Assembly (NCBI GenBank): GCA_051959625.1
Contig: JBQCFD010000200.1
Span: 1 to 54,778 of the forward strand
Length of the DNA: 54,778 bases
Origin: Rhizomicrobium sp.
GTDB taxonomy: Bacteria; Pseudomonadota; Alphaproteobacteria; Micropepsales; Micropepsaceae
Direction: 5' to 3'
Position 1 is the stretch's first letter. Each line of letters begins with the position of its first letter. Position numbers and translations under genes: made by a program. The notes beneath the pieces were generated by a model. It was not told where the DNA came from. It worked only from the letters and a program-made list of their open reading frames with translations, and made no database searches. Below are positions 1 to 8,789 of the stretch, piece after piece.

Positions 1-1
1 G

Positions 2-883
2 AGCGATAATCCCGGGACGAAGGCCAATCTCGCACGCATCTTGAACCATGGTCATTTGGGCGGCACGGGGAAGGTTGTCATATTGCCAGTTGATCAAGGC
101 TACGAACATGGGCCAGACAAAAGCTTTTTACCCAATCCAGCAGCTTACGACCCAAGATATCATTTCCAACTAGCGGTTGATGCTGGATTAAACGCTTTTG
201 CAGCTCCGCTGGGCTTGCTTGAAGGGGGCGCAAGCGAATATGCGGGAAAGATTCCGCTCATCCTCAAATTAACAAATGCCAATGGCCTCTATCCAAAAAG
301 CGCGCCACAGACTCAAGCGATTACGGCTGGCGTCCGAGACGCTCTCAGGCTGGGATGTTGTGCTGTCGGTCTGACAATTTACCCCGGTTCCGCTGCTTCG
401 TTCGAAATGATTGAGAATGCAAAGACGATCATTGCGGAAGCAAAAGAGCATGGTCTTCCCACTGTGGTCTGGTCCTATCCACGGGGTGGTGAACTAAGTA
501 CAGCCGGCGAGACGGCCATAGATGTTTGCGCATATGCAACACAAATTGCCGCTTTGATTGGAACCCACATTATCAAGGTTAAGTTGCCCACCAGTCATGT
601 CGAGCAAAGCGGATTGACAGAGTTGTATGAAAAATATGGCACCAACTTGGGGTCCCTGTCTGATCGCGTACGGCACATAATGAAAAGCGCGTTCGACGGA
701 AGACGAATTGTCGTGTTTTCGGGTGGCGGCAAAAAAGACGAAAACTCAATTTTCGACGAAGCCAGGGCGATTCGGGATGGTGGTGGAACCGGATCAATAA
801 TTGGACGAAATTCATTTCAACGAAGCAATGCAGACGCCAGAGAAATGCTGGCAAGAGTTATATCGATTTACAGAGGCGGCTAA
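2..883 (+). CDS. fbaB: Class I fructose-bisphosphate aldolase (DhnA/FbaB family), 5'-truncated by the window edge
   Basis: Frame is open from base 2 (SDNPGTKANLARILNHG). Motifs ILPVDQGYEHGP, WSYPRGG, HIIKVK (Schiff-base Lys) and GSIIGRNSFQR. Composition is AT-richer than the rest of the window. Confidence 0.92.
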   Translation, partial: SDNPGTKANLARILNHGHLGGTGKVVILPVDQGYEHGPDKSFLPNPAAYDPRYHFQLAVDAGLNAFAAPLGLLEGGASEYAGKIPLILKLTNANGLYPKSAPQTQAITAGVRDALRLGCCAVGLTIYPGSAASFEMIENAKTIIAEAKEHGLPTVVWSYPRGGELSTAGETAIDVCAYATQIAALIGTHIIKVKLPTSHVEQSGLTELYEKYGTNLGSLSDRVRHIMKSAFDGRRIVVFSGGGKKDENSIFDEARAIRDGGGTGSIIGRNSFQRSNADAREMLARVISIYRGG

Positions 884-1485
884 AGAAGACTTGCGGACCG
901 CGGCATGCGGATAAAATCGCGCCACTCATGTGTCTTATGCCAAGGATACTTGAGTGGTGCCGCTTTTAAGCTTTGCGCAAAAAATTCCAGTCTTACATTT
1001 GCGGTGTCCACCCTATACAACGCGCAGCATTTGCATTGCCAGTGGGGTACATATTCGCGTCGAATCTTTTCAAAATGATAGAACGTACCTCCGCGTGTTG
1101 CCGCGCCCTCAACTACCAATACTCGTGCTGCTTCACCGTGGATCTTTTTCAACAATGCAAGTTGTTCCTTCGCATTAGGAAACTCCATCGGATCACTTGG
1201 ATCATCTTTGTGGATTCTATCAATTACCTCTATACGAAGACTTCCTAAATTGCCTGCGAGCCACCCTGCCAGAAACGCGCCACTTCGACCCAGCCCTAAG
1301 ACAAAATCGGGGGTGAACCCTGACTCTTTTATTTGCTTCAAAAGCTGAATGCCGTGCCGCTCGATAGAAGCGAAACTATCGATTCTCTTTTCCTGCCACT
1401 CGACGAACCAAATTCTGAGTTGATTGATCGACGCAATGCCGCCGACAATTCCAAACGTCCATGCAACAAGATCTATCCAACTCAT
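880..1485 (-). CDS. Type I phosphoribosyltransferase-fold protein with an N-terminal transmembrane helix
   Basis: PDFVLGLGRSGAFLA resembles the PRTase 'vgi.rGG' loop. RVLVVEGAATRGGT aligns to the PRPP motif VLvVDD..ttGgT. N-terminus WIDLVAWTFGIVGGIASI is hydrophobic. Confidence 0.7.
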   Translation of the reverse strand: MSWIDLVAWTFGIVGGIASINQLRIWFVEWQEKRIDSFASIERHGIQLLKQIKESGFTPDFVLGLGRSGAFLAGWLAGNLGSLRIEVIDRIHKDDPSDPMEFPNAKEQLALLKKIHGEAARVLVVEGAATRGGTFYHFEKIRREYVPHWQCKCCALYRVDTANVRLEFFAQSLKAAPLKYPWHKTHEWRDFIRMPRSASLL

Positions 1486-1653
1486 GCTCGCTCCCCAAAG
1501 AACATGTCAAATCAACTATATTTTAATTAGCCAATACGTCCAAGCGCGGAATATCTGCTTCTAACGACTTGAACTTGGTAGAGAAACGATCGAAAGAACG
1601 TTTGAAATGATTGCTGCTCAGGATCATTTTAGAGATCGCGTGCTGAGTAGGAT

Positions 1654-1718
1654 GCACCTCGCCATGACGCGGTATCGTCATCCTGAGGTGGCCGCGTCCG
1701 CGGGCCCCGAAGGATGAC
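1654..1718. repeat. REP-like palindromic doublet: truncated left unit (1654-1669) plus full right unit (1676-1718)
   Basis: GTCATCCT...AGGATGAC inverted ends. The left remnant gcacctcgccatgacg matches 3118-3133 at 14/16. Confidence 0.7.
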
Positions 1719-2343
1719 ACGCCTCTATCTCATCACGCCGCCGAAGTTCGAGCCGCGCGCTTTTGCCGAAGAGCTGAAGCGCGCGCTCGATGGCGGCGAT
1801 GTCGCGTGCCTGCAATTGCGCCTGAAGGACGTGAGCGACGGCGAGATCATGCGCGCCGCCGAGATTCTCATGCCCATCGCACAGAAGCGCGACGTGGCGT
1901 TCATCGTCAACGACCGCCCCGATCTCGCCCATATGCTGCGCGCCGACGGCGTGCATATCGGACAGGATGATGTGCCTTATGCCGAAGCACGCGAGATCGT
2001 GGGCAAGGACGCGATCGTCGGCGTGACCTGCCACAACAGCCGCGACCTTGCGTTCGAGGCGGGCGAAGCGGGCGCGGATTATGTCGCCTTCGGCGCATTC
2101 TTTCCGACCCAGACCAAAGAACCCAAGACGGTGGCCGATATCGAGCTTCTCAAATGGTGGGCGGAGACGATGACCGTCCCCGTCGTCGCCATCGGCGGCA
2201 TCACCGTGGAGAACGCCAAGCCGCTGGTGGATGCGGGTGCGGATTTCCTGGCGGTTTCCGCCGGTGTGTGGGACCACAAGGACGGCCCGCGAGCGGCGGT
2301 TAAAGCGTTTAACGCTCTATTCCTGTCATCCCGGCCAGCGTAG
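1714..2343 (+). CDS. thiE: Thiamine-phosphate synthase
   Basis: Motifs [31 protein letters not shown] and VAIGGIT. Confidence 0.95.
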   Translation: MTRLYLITPPKFEPRAFAEELKRALDGGDVACLQLRLKDVSDGEIMRAAEILMPIAQKRDVAFIVNDRPDLAHMLRADGVHIGQDDVPYAEAREIVGKDAIVGVTCHNSRDLAFEAGEAGADYVAFGAFFPTQTKEPKTVADIELLKWWAETMTVPVVAIGGITVENAKPLVDAGADFLAVSAGVWDHKDGPRAAVKAFNALFLSSRPA

Positions 2344-2427
2344 CGAAGCGGAGCAGAGCCGGGACCCATTTTGCCGCGTCTCGATGGGTCCCGGACAACC
2401 TCGCTACGCTCGGTTTCCGGGATGACA
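2324..2427. repeat. ~104-bp palindromic repeat element (REP/RIME-like)
   Basis: Terminal inverted repeat TGTCATCCCGG...CCGGGATGACA; internal inverted repeat CCGGGACCCAT...ATGGGTCCCGG; gcgtagcga/tcgctacgc arms. Confidence 0.8.
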
Positions 2428-2516
2428 AGCGGGGTTGAGGTTGCTAGAACCCGCGCGCTCTTTGAACTCGACCCAGACAGGACCGCGGCCCGCGAAAGCG
2501 GGTCCAGATAACAATT

Positions 2517-3092
2517 ATGGCCAAAATTTCCGGCAACGACATCAAGCCCGGCACGATGATCGAATACGACGGCGGCCTGTGGATGGCGGTCAAGACGCAG
2601 AAGGTGAAGCCCGGCAAGGGCGGCGCCTATAACCAGGTCGAGCTCAAGAACGTCACCGTCGGCACCAAGCTGAACCAGCGCTTTCGCTCGGACGAGACGG
2701 TCGAGGAGATTTATCTCGAGAAGAAAGACTTCCAGTTCCTGTTCGCCAATGGCGACATGCTGACGTTCATGGACATGGACACTTACGACCAGATCGAACT
2801 CTCGATGGATTTCGTGGGCGAGGATCAGGCGCGCTTTCTGCAGGACGGCATGAAGACGCTGGTGCAGATGTATGACGGCAAGGCCATCGGCATCGCGCTG
2901 CCGCAGAACGTGGTGCTGGAAGTGACCGAGGCCGATCCGGTGCTGCGTGGCGGCACGGCGGCGCCGTCCTACAAGGGCGCGACGCTCGCCAACGGCATGA
3001 AGATCCAGGTGCCGCCCTTTATCGAAGCGGGCGAGAAGATCGTGGTGCAGACCGAGGACGGCACCTATCTGCGCCGCGCGGACAAGGATTGA
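2517..3092 (+). CDS. efp: Elongation factor P
   Basis: KPGKGGA loop (Lys type) and [12 protein letters not shown]. Confidence 0.97.
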   Translation: MAKISGNDIKPGTMIEYDGGLWMAVKTQKVKPGKGGAYNQVELKNVTVGTKLNQRFRSDETVEEIYLEKKDFQFLFANGDMLTFMDMDTYDQIELSMDFVGEDQARFLQDGMKTLVQMYDGKAIGIALPQNVVLEVTEADPVLRGGTAAPSYKGATLANGMKIQVPPFIEAGEKIVVQTEDGTYLRRADKD

Positions 3093-3184
3093 TGCTTCGA
3101 GGCGCCGCTATCGCGGCGCACCTCAGCATGACGAAAATTCGGCACGTCATCCGGAGGTGCGAGCGTAGCGAGCTTCGAAGGATG
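3092..3184. repeat. REP-like inverted doublet
   Basis: atgcttcgagg...cacctcagcatgacg (3092-3133) inverted against cgtcatccggaggtg...cttcgaaggatg (3145-3184). Same family as 1676-1718. Confidence 0.75.
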
Positions 3185-3199
3185 TTTGAGGTACAGTGA

Positions 3200-4000
3200 A
3201 TGCCCTATCTCTCTCCAGCTCTTAACGTGATGACCTCCGCCGCGCGCAAGGCGGGGCGCCGGCTCATCCGCGATTTCGGCGAAGTGGAGAACCTGCAGAT
3301 CTCGGTGAAGGGCCCCGGCGATTTCGTCTCCGTCGCCGACCAGCGCACCGAAAGCATTCTCGTGGGCGAATTGCAGAAGGCGCGTCCCGGTTATCCGATC
3401 GTCACCGAAGAAACAGGGCTGATCGACGGGCCGGACAAATCGCACCGCTTCATCATCGATCCGCTCGACGGCACCACGAACTTCCTGCACGGCATTCCGC
3501 ATTTCGCCATCTCCATCGCGCTGGAGCGCGACGGCCAGCTTGTTTCCGGCGTCGTCTACAATCCGATCGCCGACGAGATGTTCACGGCCGAGAAGGGCCA
3601 CGGCGCGTTCCTGAACGACAATCGTTTGCGCGTCGCCGCGCGCAAGGAGTTGAAGCTGTCGCTCGCGGCAACCGGCATTCCCTTCATGGGCAAGGACGGC
3701 CACGAAAGGTTCAACGCGGAGCTCGCCGCCGTGATGGCGACGACGACCGGCGTACGCCGCTTTGGCTCCGCCGCGCTCGATCTGGCGTGGGTGGCCGCGG
3801 GCCGCTACGACGCCTTCTGGGAGCGCGGACTGAAGGCCTGGGACATCGCCGCGGGCGTCTTGATGGTGCGCGAGGCCGGAGGCTTGGTGAGCGATCTCAA
3901 CAACCAGCAGAAGATGCTGGAGACGGGCGATGTGCTGGCTTCCAACGAGGCGCTGCACGGCCAGTACCTGAAGCTTTTGAAAGATGCGGGCAAGAGTTGA
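3200..4000 (+). CDS. suhB: Inositol monophosphatase
   Basis: Motifs IIDPLDGTTNFLHG, RRFGSAALDL and WDIAAG. Confidence 0.95.
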   Translation: MPYLSPALNVMTSAARKAGRRLIRDFGEVENLQISVKGPGDFVSVADQRTESILVGELQKARPGYPIVTEETGLIDGPDKSHRFIIDPLDGTTNFLHGIPHFAISIALERDGQLVSGVVYNPIADEMFTAEKGHGAFLNDNRLRVAARKELKLSLAATGIPFMGKDGHERFNAELAAVMATTTGVRRFGSAALDLAWVAAGRYDAFWERGLKAWDIAAGVLMVREAGGLVSDLNNQQKMLETGDVLASNEALHGQYLKLLKDAGKS

Positions 4001-4034
4001 GACGATGGGGCGGCCTGACTATTCTCCCCGCGCG

Positions 4035-4871
4035 ATGACCAAAACACTTGCTCTTGCGGCGCTGACCGCTGCCCTTCTCTCCGCCACCGCCGCCTCCGCG
4101 CAGATGTATCCGGGCGAAGGCATTTCCGTGAATTCCCAGGCGCCTTCGTTCTATGCGGCGGGTCCGCGCGGGCCCTACCCCGGCGTCATTCATCTGACGC
4201 CGCCCGGGGCGCATCGCGCCACGACCGGCCATCATCATCATCATCATGCGGCGAAAAAGGCCGGGCCCTCATCCGCGGAGATCGGCGATGCGCTGATGGC
4301 GGCGCAGCCCGCACCGCAGGAACCAGCCAAGCCGAAACACACGAAGAGTGCCGAGGCCGCCCCGCCCGCGCCGGACGAAGCTGCCGACGGCGGCATCCCG
4401 CTTTCGCTGGCGCCGGGAGAACCCAATCCGCCGCAATCGCAGACATCGCGCAAAGCCAAGCCCGAAAAGCAGGCCTCGATAGCGCCGGCTCCGGCCGCCG
4501 CGGCCAACATCGTTCCCGCGCAGCAGACGCCGGGGGCCAAAAGCAACCTCGCCAAGCGCAGCGAGATCCTGTTCGCCCGCAACGCCACCGATCCCGGCAA
4601 TGCCACGATCAACAAGCTGCACGGCATCGCGAACGACCTGAACACGCTTCTGGGCGCGGGCGCCGCGCGGGTGCAGCTCGATGCCTATGGCGGTCCGCCG
4701 GGCGACAAGTCTTCGGATTCGCGCCGGCTCTCGCTCAAGCGCGCGCTCGTCATTCGCCAAATCCTGATCGAGGACGGCGTGCCATCCGAGCGCATCGACG
4801 TGCGTGCGCTGGGCGGCATCGACGACCACGGCGCGCCCGACCGCGTCGATGTCTATGTGAGCGCGAGCTAG
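4035..4871 (+). CDS. Secreted protein with a C-terminal OmpA-like domain, a Pro/Ala-rich linker and a His6 tract
   Basis: Signal peptide MTKTLALAALTAALLSATAASA; OmpA_C-like motif RRLSLKRALVIRQILIEDGVPSERIDVRALG...DRVD. Confidence 0.75.
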   Translation: MTKTLALAALTAALLSATAASAQMYPGEGISVNSQAPSFYAAGPRGPYPGVIHLTPPGAHRATTGHHHHHHAAKKAGPSSAEIGDALMAAQPAPQEPAKPKHTKSAEAAPPAPDEAADGGIPLSLAPGEPNPPQSQTSRKAKPEKQASIAPAPAAAANIVPAQQTPGAKSNLAKRSEILFARNATDPGNATINKLHGIANDLNTLLGAGAARVQLDAYGGPPGDKSSDSRRLSLKRALVIRQILIEDGVPSERIDVRALGGIDDHGAPDRVDVYVSAS

Positions 4872-6073
4872 CCTGAAAGCCTGATGTCGCGCGCCTCGCG
4901 GCCCAGAAGCGTCAATACGACGATGGCCACTGCCGCGGCCACTGCGACGGATGCGAGAGCGAAGGAGTAATTCTCGCCGCTCTTGGCCGCGATGCTCGTC
5001 TGCAGCACCGCGTTATAGGACGCGATGAAATTTCCGAGCTGGTAGACGGTGCCGGGGAATGTGGCGCGCGCGTCATGCGGCGACAATTCGTTCAGATGCG
5101 CCGGAATGATGCCCCAGGCGCCCTGAACGAAGAACTGCATCAGGAACGCGCCGATGGCGAGCATCGTGGCGGTTTGCGAATACGCCCACAGATAGGTCAC
5201 CGGAATGGCGAGCAGCGAGGCGACGACGATGGCGCGTTTGCGGCCCACGCGCTGGCTCCACAAGCCGAAGGTCAGGCCGCCCACGATCGCGCCAATATTG
5301 TAGATCACCGCGATGATGCCGGTGACATGCGGATCGAAATGGTGCTGCACCTGCAGGAAGGTCGGATAGATGTCCTGCGTGCCGTGGCTGAAGAAGTTGA
5401 ACGCCGTCATCAGCAGAATGGCGTAGATCGCCAGTTGCCAGTGCCGCTTCAGAACCGCGAAGACGGTTCCGGTCCGGGCGTGTTCGGTCGACCAGCCCGG
5501 CGATTCCGGCACGTGGCGCCGGATATAGAGAATGAGCAGCGCCGGGACCACGCCGACCATGAACATGCCGCGCCAGCCGATGTGGTTGTAGAGCAGGGCG
5601 AACACGATGGAGGCGATGAGATAGCCCGTCGGATAGCCGGACTGCAGCAGCCCGGACACCACGCCGCGCGCCTCCGGCTTGATGCTCTCCATGGTGAGCG
5701 ACGCGCCGATGCCCCATTCTCCACCCATGGCGATGCCGAACAGCGCGCGCAGGATGAGGAAGGCGGTGAGGTTCGGGGCAAAGGCCGTGGCAAAGCCCAG
5801 AATGGAATAGATGCCGACGTCGGCCATCAGGACCGGGCGGCGGCCGAAGCGGTCGGCAAGCCTGCCGAACACGAACGCTCCCACCGGCCTGAGCGCCAGT
5901 GTCAGGGTGATCGCAACCGCGACGGCGGATTTCTCCACGCCAAATTCCGCGGCCACATCCTTGAGCACGAAGACGAGCAGGAAGAAATCGAATGCATCCA
6001 GCGTCCAGCCGAGATAGCTCGCCGCGACCACATGCTTCTGCGCCGGCGTCCAGCCCTTCAATGCATCGAACAT
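4868..6073 (-). CDS. MFS transporter (SHS / sialate-carboxylate:H+ symporter-like)
   Basis: Motifs GWTLDAFDFF, GRLADRFGRR, GIAMGGEWG and SHGTQD.YPTFL. Start placed at MFDALKG. Confidence 0.88.
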   Translation of the reverse strand: MFDALKGWTPAQKHVVAASYLGWTLDAFDFFLLVFVLKDVAAEFGVEKSAVAVAITLTLALRPVGAFVFGRLADRFGRRPVLMADVGIYSILGFATAFAPNLTAFLILRALFGIAMGGEWGIGASLTMESIKPEARGVVSGLLQSGYPTGYLIASIVFALLYNHIGWRGMFMVGVVPALLILYIRRHVPESPGWSTEHARTGTVFAVLKRHWQLAIYAILLMTAFNFFSHGTQDIYPTFLQVQHHFDPHVTGIIAVIYNIGAIVGGLTFGLWSQRVGRKRAIVVASLLAIPVTYLWAYSQTATMLAIGAFLMQFFVQGAWGIIPAHLNELSPHDARATFPGTVYQLGNFIASYNAVLQTSIAAKSGENYSFALASVAVAAAVAIVVLTLLGREARDIRLSG

Positions 6074-6137
6074 GACGGTTGCGATTCCCCTCTCGTCGAG
6101 AGCCATCATGCACGATATTGGGAGATGCGCTACCGCT

Positions 6138-6767
6138 TCAGGAAACCAGCGTGGCTTCGGTCTTGGAGCGGATTTCTTCTTCGCTGACGCCTGGCGCCGT
6201 CTCGATCAGTTTCAATCCGCCGGGAACCACATCGAACACGCCGAGGTTGGTGATGATCCGCTGCACGCAATGCACACCCGTCAACGGCAGCGAGCATTTC
6301 TTGAGCAGCTTCGGTTTTCCCGCCTTGTCCGTGTGATCCATGATGGCCACGCAGCGCTTCACGCCCGCCACCAGATCCATCGCGCCGCCCATTCCCTTCA
6401 CGAGCTTGCCCGGAACCATCCAGTTCGCGAGATCACCCTTCTCGCTCACTTCCATCGCGCCCAGGATGGAAAGATTGATGTGGCCGCCGCGGATCATGCC
6501 GAAGCTGTCGGCGCTCGAGAAATAGGACGTCTTCGGCAAGGCTGTGATCGTCTGCTTGCCGGCATTGATGAGATCCGGATCGATCTCGCTCTCGCGCGGG
6601 AACGGACCCATGCCGAGCATGCCGTTCTCCGATTGCAAGGTGACGGTCATGCCTTCGGGAATGTAGTTCGCCACCAGCGTCGGGATTCCGATGCCGAGAT
6701 TGACGTAGAAACCGTCCCGCAATTCCTGCGCGGCGCGCTGGGCGATCTGATCGCGTGTCCAGGGCAT
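6138..6767 (-). CDS. scoB: 3-oxoacid CoA-transferase subunit B
   Basis: [18 protein letters not shown] (catalytic Glu) and GMGGAMDLV. Confidence 0.93.
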   Translation of the reverse strand: MPWTRDQIAQRAAQELRDGFYVNLGIGIPTLVANYIPEGMTVTLQSENGMLGMGPFPRESEIDPDLINAGKQTITALPKTSYFSSADSFGMIRGGHINLSILGAMEVSEKGDLANWMVPGKLVKGMGGAMDLVAGVKRCVAIMDHTDKAGKPKLLKKCSLPLTGVHCVQRIITNLGVFDVVPGGLKLIETAPGVSEEEIRSKTEATLVS

Positions 6768-6768
6768 A

Positions 6769-7470
6769 TCAGTTCTCCCGTACCGTTCGCTTTTCGATGC
6801 GCTTCTCGAACGTGCCCGTGCAGATGCGTTGCACGAAGATCCCCGGCGTGTGGATGTTGTTGGGATCGAGCGCGCCGATGGGCACAAGCTCCTCCACTTC
6901 CGCAACGGTGACCTTGCCGGCCGTGGCCATCATCGGATTGAAGTTCCGCGCCGTCTCGCGATAGACGAGATTGCCTTCGGCGTCGCCCTTCCATGCCTTG
7001 ACGATGGAAAGATCGGCCTTCAGCCCGCGCTCCAGAATATACGTCTCGCCGTCGAAGTCCTTGTGCTCCTTGCCTTCGGCGATCAGCGTGCCGACGCCGG
7101 TCTTGGTATAGAAGCCCGGGATGCCCGCGCCACCCGCGCGGATGCGCTCGGCAAGCGTGCCCTGCGGATTGAATTCGAGCTCCAGCTCTTTCGCGAGATA
7201 TTGCTTCTCGAACGTTTCGTTCTCGCCGACATAGGAGGAGATCATCTTCCTGATCTGGCGCGTCTGCAGCAGAAGTCCGAGCCCGAAATCGTCCACACCC
7301 GCATTGTTGGAGACGACGGTAAGGCCTTTCACGCCTGAATCGCGCAGTGCGGCGATGAGATTTTCCGGAAGACCGCAGAGCCCGAAGCCGCCCGACATCA
7401 CCGTCATGCCGTCGAACACCACGCCCTCCAGCGCGGCGCGGGCGTTCGCATAGACCTTGTTCTTGCTCAT
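6769..7470 (-). CDS. scoA: 3-oxoacid CoA-transferase subunit A
   Basis: GGFGLCG, SNNAG and [17 protein letters not shown]. Confidence 0.93.
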   Translation of the reverse strand: MSKNKVYANARAALEGVVFDGMTVMSGGFGLCGLPENLIAALRDSGVKGLTVVSNNAGVDDFGLGLLLQTRQIRKMISSYVGENETFEKQYLAKELELEFNPQGTLAERIRAGGAGIPGFYTKTGVGTLIAEGKEHKDFDGETYILERGLKADLSIVKAWKGDAEGNLVYRETARNFNPMMATAGKVTVAEVEELVPIGALDPNNIHTPGIFVQRICTGTFEKRIEKRTVREN

Positions 7471-7555
7471 GGCTCAATTCCGCTGCGGCGACCCTGCCAT
7501 TTGCCGCTGTGGACGGCGAAAAACAAGGGCCCGCAATGCGGTCAGGAAATTGCCT

Positions 7556-8179
7556 TCAATGCGGCACGCGCGCCCGAAACTCCTCCGTGGAGTTGGTTTT
7601 GGGAAACGGCGTTGCCGGCACCGGAACGCCCAGGAACGCACACAGCGGTTCCCAGCCCTGCACGGCATCGAACACGAGCAGACGCTCTTTCGGAATGGTG
7701 CGGCGCACTTCTTCGTTGTGGCGGTTGAAAACGTCGATCATGTGGGCCTCGTCGAACCGGCCGCCGAAGGTCTTCTGACCCACCAGCAGCGGCGCGAAAT
7801 CGCCCGGCGGACCGACGCGCCTGCCGTCGGGAAGGACCATCGGACCCTTGAAGCTCACCATGATGGTGTTGCTCACGCTTTTGAACCACGCCTTGGGATC
7901 GCGCAGCGTGAGGATGACTTTCGCCTCGGGATAACGTTCGGCGAGCTCCTTGTAGAACGAGCAGCTCGGCCAGTCGCAGCTCGAGCGGTAGCCGGCGAAC
8001 ATCTCTTCCCAGTCGACCTTTTCGCCGCGGGTTGCGCGCTCCCAGAAGCCCGCCTGCTCGGGATGAATGATCACCTCATACATGTGATGACAGGGCCCAA
8101 AGCCCAGCTGCTCGAGCGCGGTCTTCAACGTCATTGTTCCCGTGCGGCCGAAACCCGCGCCGATGACCTGTAAACCCAT
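7556..8179 (-). CDS. Sulfotransferase-like protein (Sulfotransfer_4 type)
   Basis: VIGAGFGRTGT, LGFGPCHHM and GWEPLCAFLGVPVP. Confidence 0.85.
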   Translation of the reverse strand: MGLQVIGAGFGRTGTMTLKTALEQLGFGPCHHMYEVIIHPEQAGFWERATRGEKVDWEEMFAGYRSSCDWPSCSFYKELAERYPEAKVILTLRDPKAWFKSVSNTIMVSFKGPMVLPDGRRVGPPGDFAPLLVGQKTFGGRFDEAHMIDVFNRHNEEVRRTIPKERLLVFDAVQGWEPLCAFLGVPVPATPFPKTNSTEEFRARVPH

Positions 8180-8258
8180 GGAATACCCCTCTCTCCACCC
8201 CATTCAGCTTGCGCAGTATGCCGTGCTTTCGCAAGCTCGCCGTTCACAGGAGGACATC

Positions 8259-8789
8259 ATGACCGCCACACGTTTCGTTCTTGCGGCTGCGCTGGCTATC
8301 GCGGCGACGCCGGCCTTCGCCATGGACCTGAAAAGCACCGACGTCGCGCAGGGCACGCTGTTTCCCGTGAACGAGATCTGCGCCCGTTATGGCGGCGGCG
8401 ATGTTTCGCCCGCGCTGACGTGGAGCGGCGTGCCTCCCAGCGCCAAGAGCGTCGCCATCACCATGTTCGATCCCGATGCCGGCGGCGGCGGATGGTGGCA
8501 TTGGCTCGTGGTCGATATTCCGGCTTCGGCGACGGGACTTCCGCAGGGCGCGGGTTCGGGCAAGCTTCCTGACGGCGCCCGGCATCTCGACAATTCCAAC
8601 GGCAATCCGCGCTATCACGGCCCTTGCCCACCCGCAGGTTCGGGCGTGCATCACTATCACATAACCCTGTGGGCGCTGGGCGATGCCAAGGCGCCGCTCG
8701 ATGCCGGCGCAGCACCTGCCGATGCCGGCGCCTGGCTCAAGCAACACGCCATCGCGCAAGCAGAACTTACGCCGGTGTACCAGAAGTAG
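8259..8789 (+). CDS. YbhB/YbcL family (PEBP) periplasmic protein
   Basis: Signal peptide; SPALTW, DPDA...WWHW, GPCPP and HHYH motifs; GGAGG RBS. Confidence 0.9.
   Translation: MTATRFVLAAALAIAATPAFAMDLKSTDVAQGTLFPVNEICARYGGGDVSPALTWSGVPPSAKSVAITMFDPDAGGGGWWHWLVVDIPASATGLPQGAGSGKLPDGARHLDNSNGNPRYHGPCPPAGSGVHHYHITLWALGDAKAPLDAGAAPADAGAWLKQHAIAQAELTPVYQK

Noticed and set aside
1523-1720. 65-aa minus-strand ORF upstream of the PRTase
   Set aside because: It straddles the repeat and the composition boundary and has no motif; more likely promoter DNA.
2299-2313. GTTAAAGCGTTTAAC palindrome as a CtrA site
   Set aside because: Half-site spacing is 5 rather than 7, and it lies within the thiE coding sequence.
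1654-3184. Repeats considered as a CRISPR array or IS ends
   Set aside because: There is no regular repeat-spacer period, no cas gene and no transposase; they are dispersed palindromes.
4230-4247. His6 as a cloning tag
   Set aside because: It is internal to a native gene and there is no vector sequence nearby.
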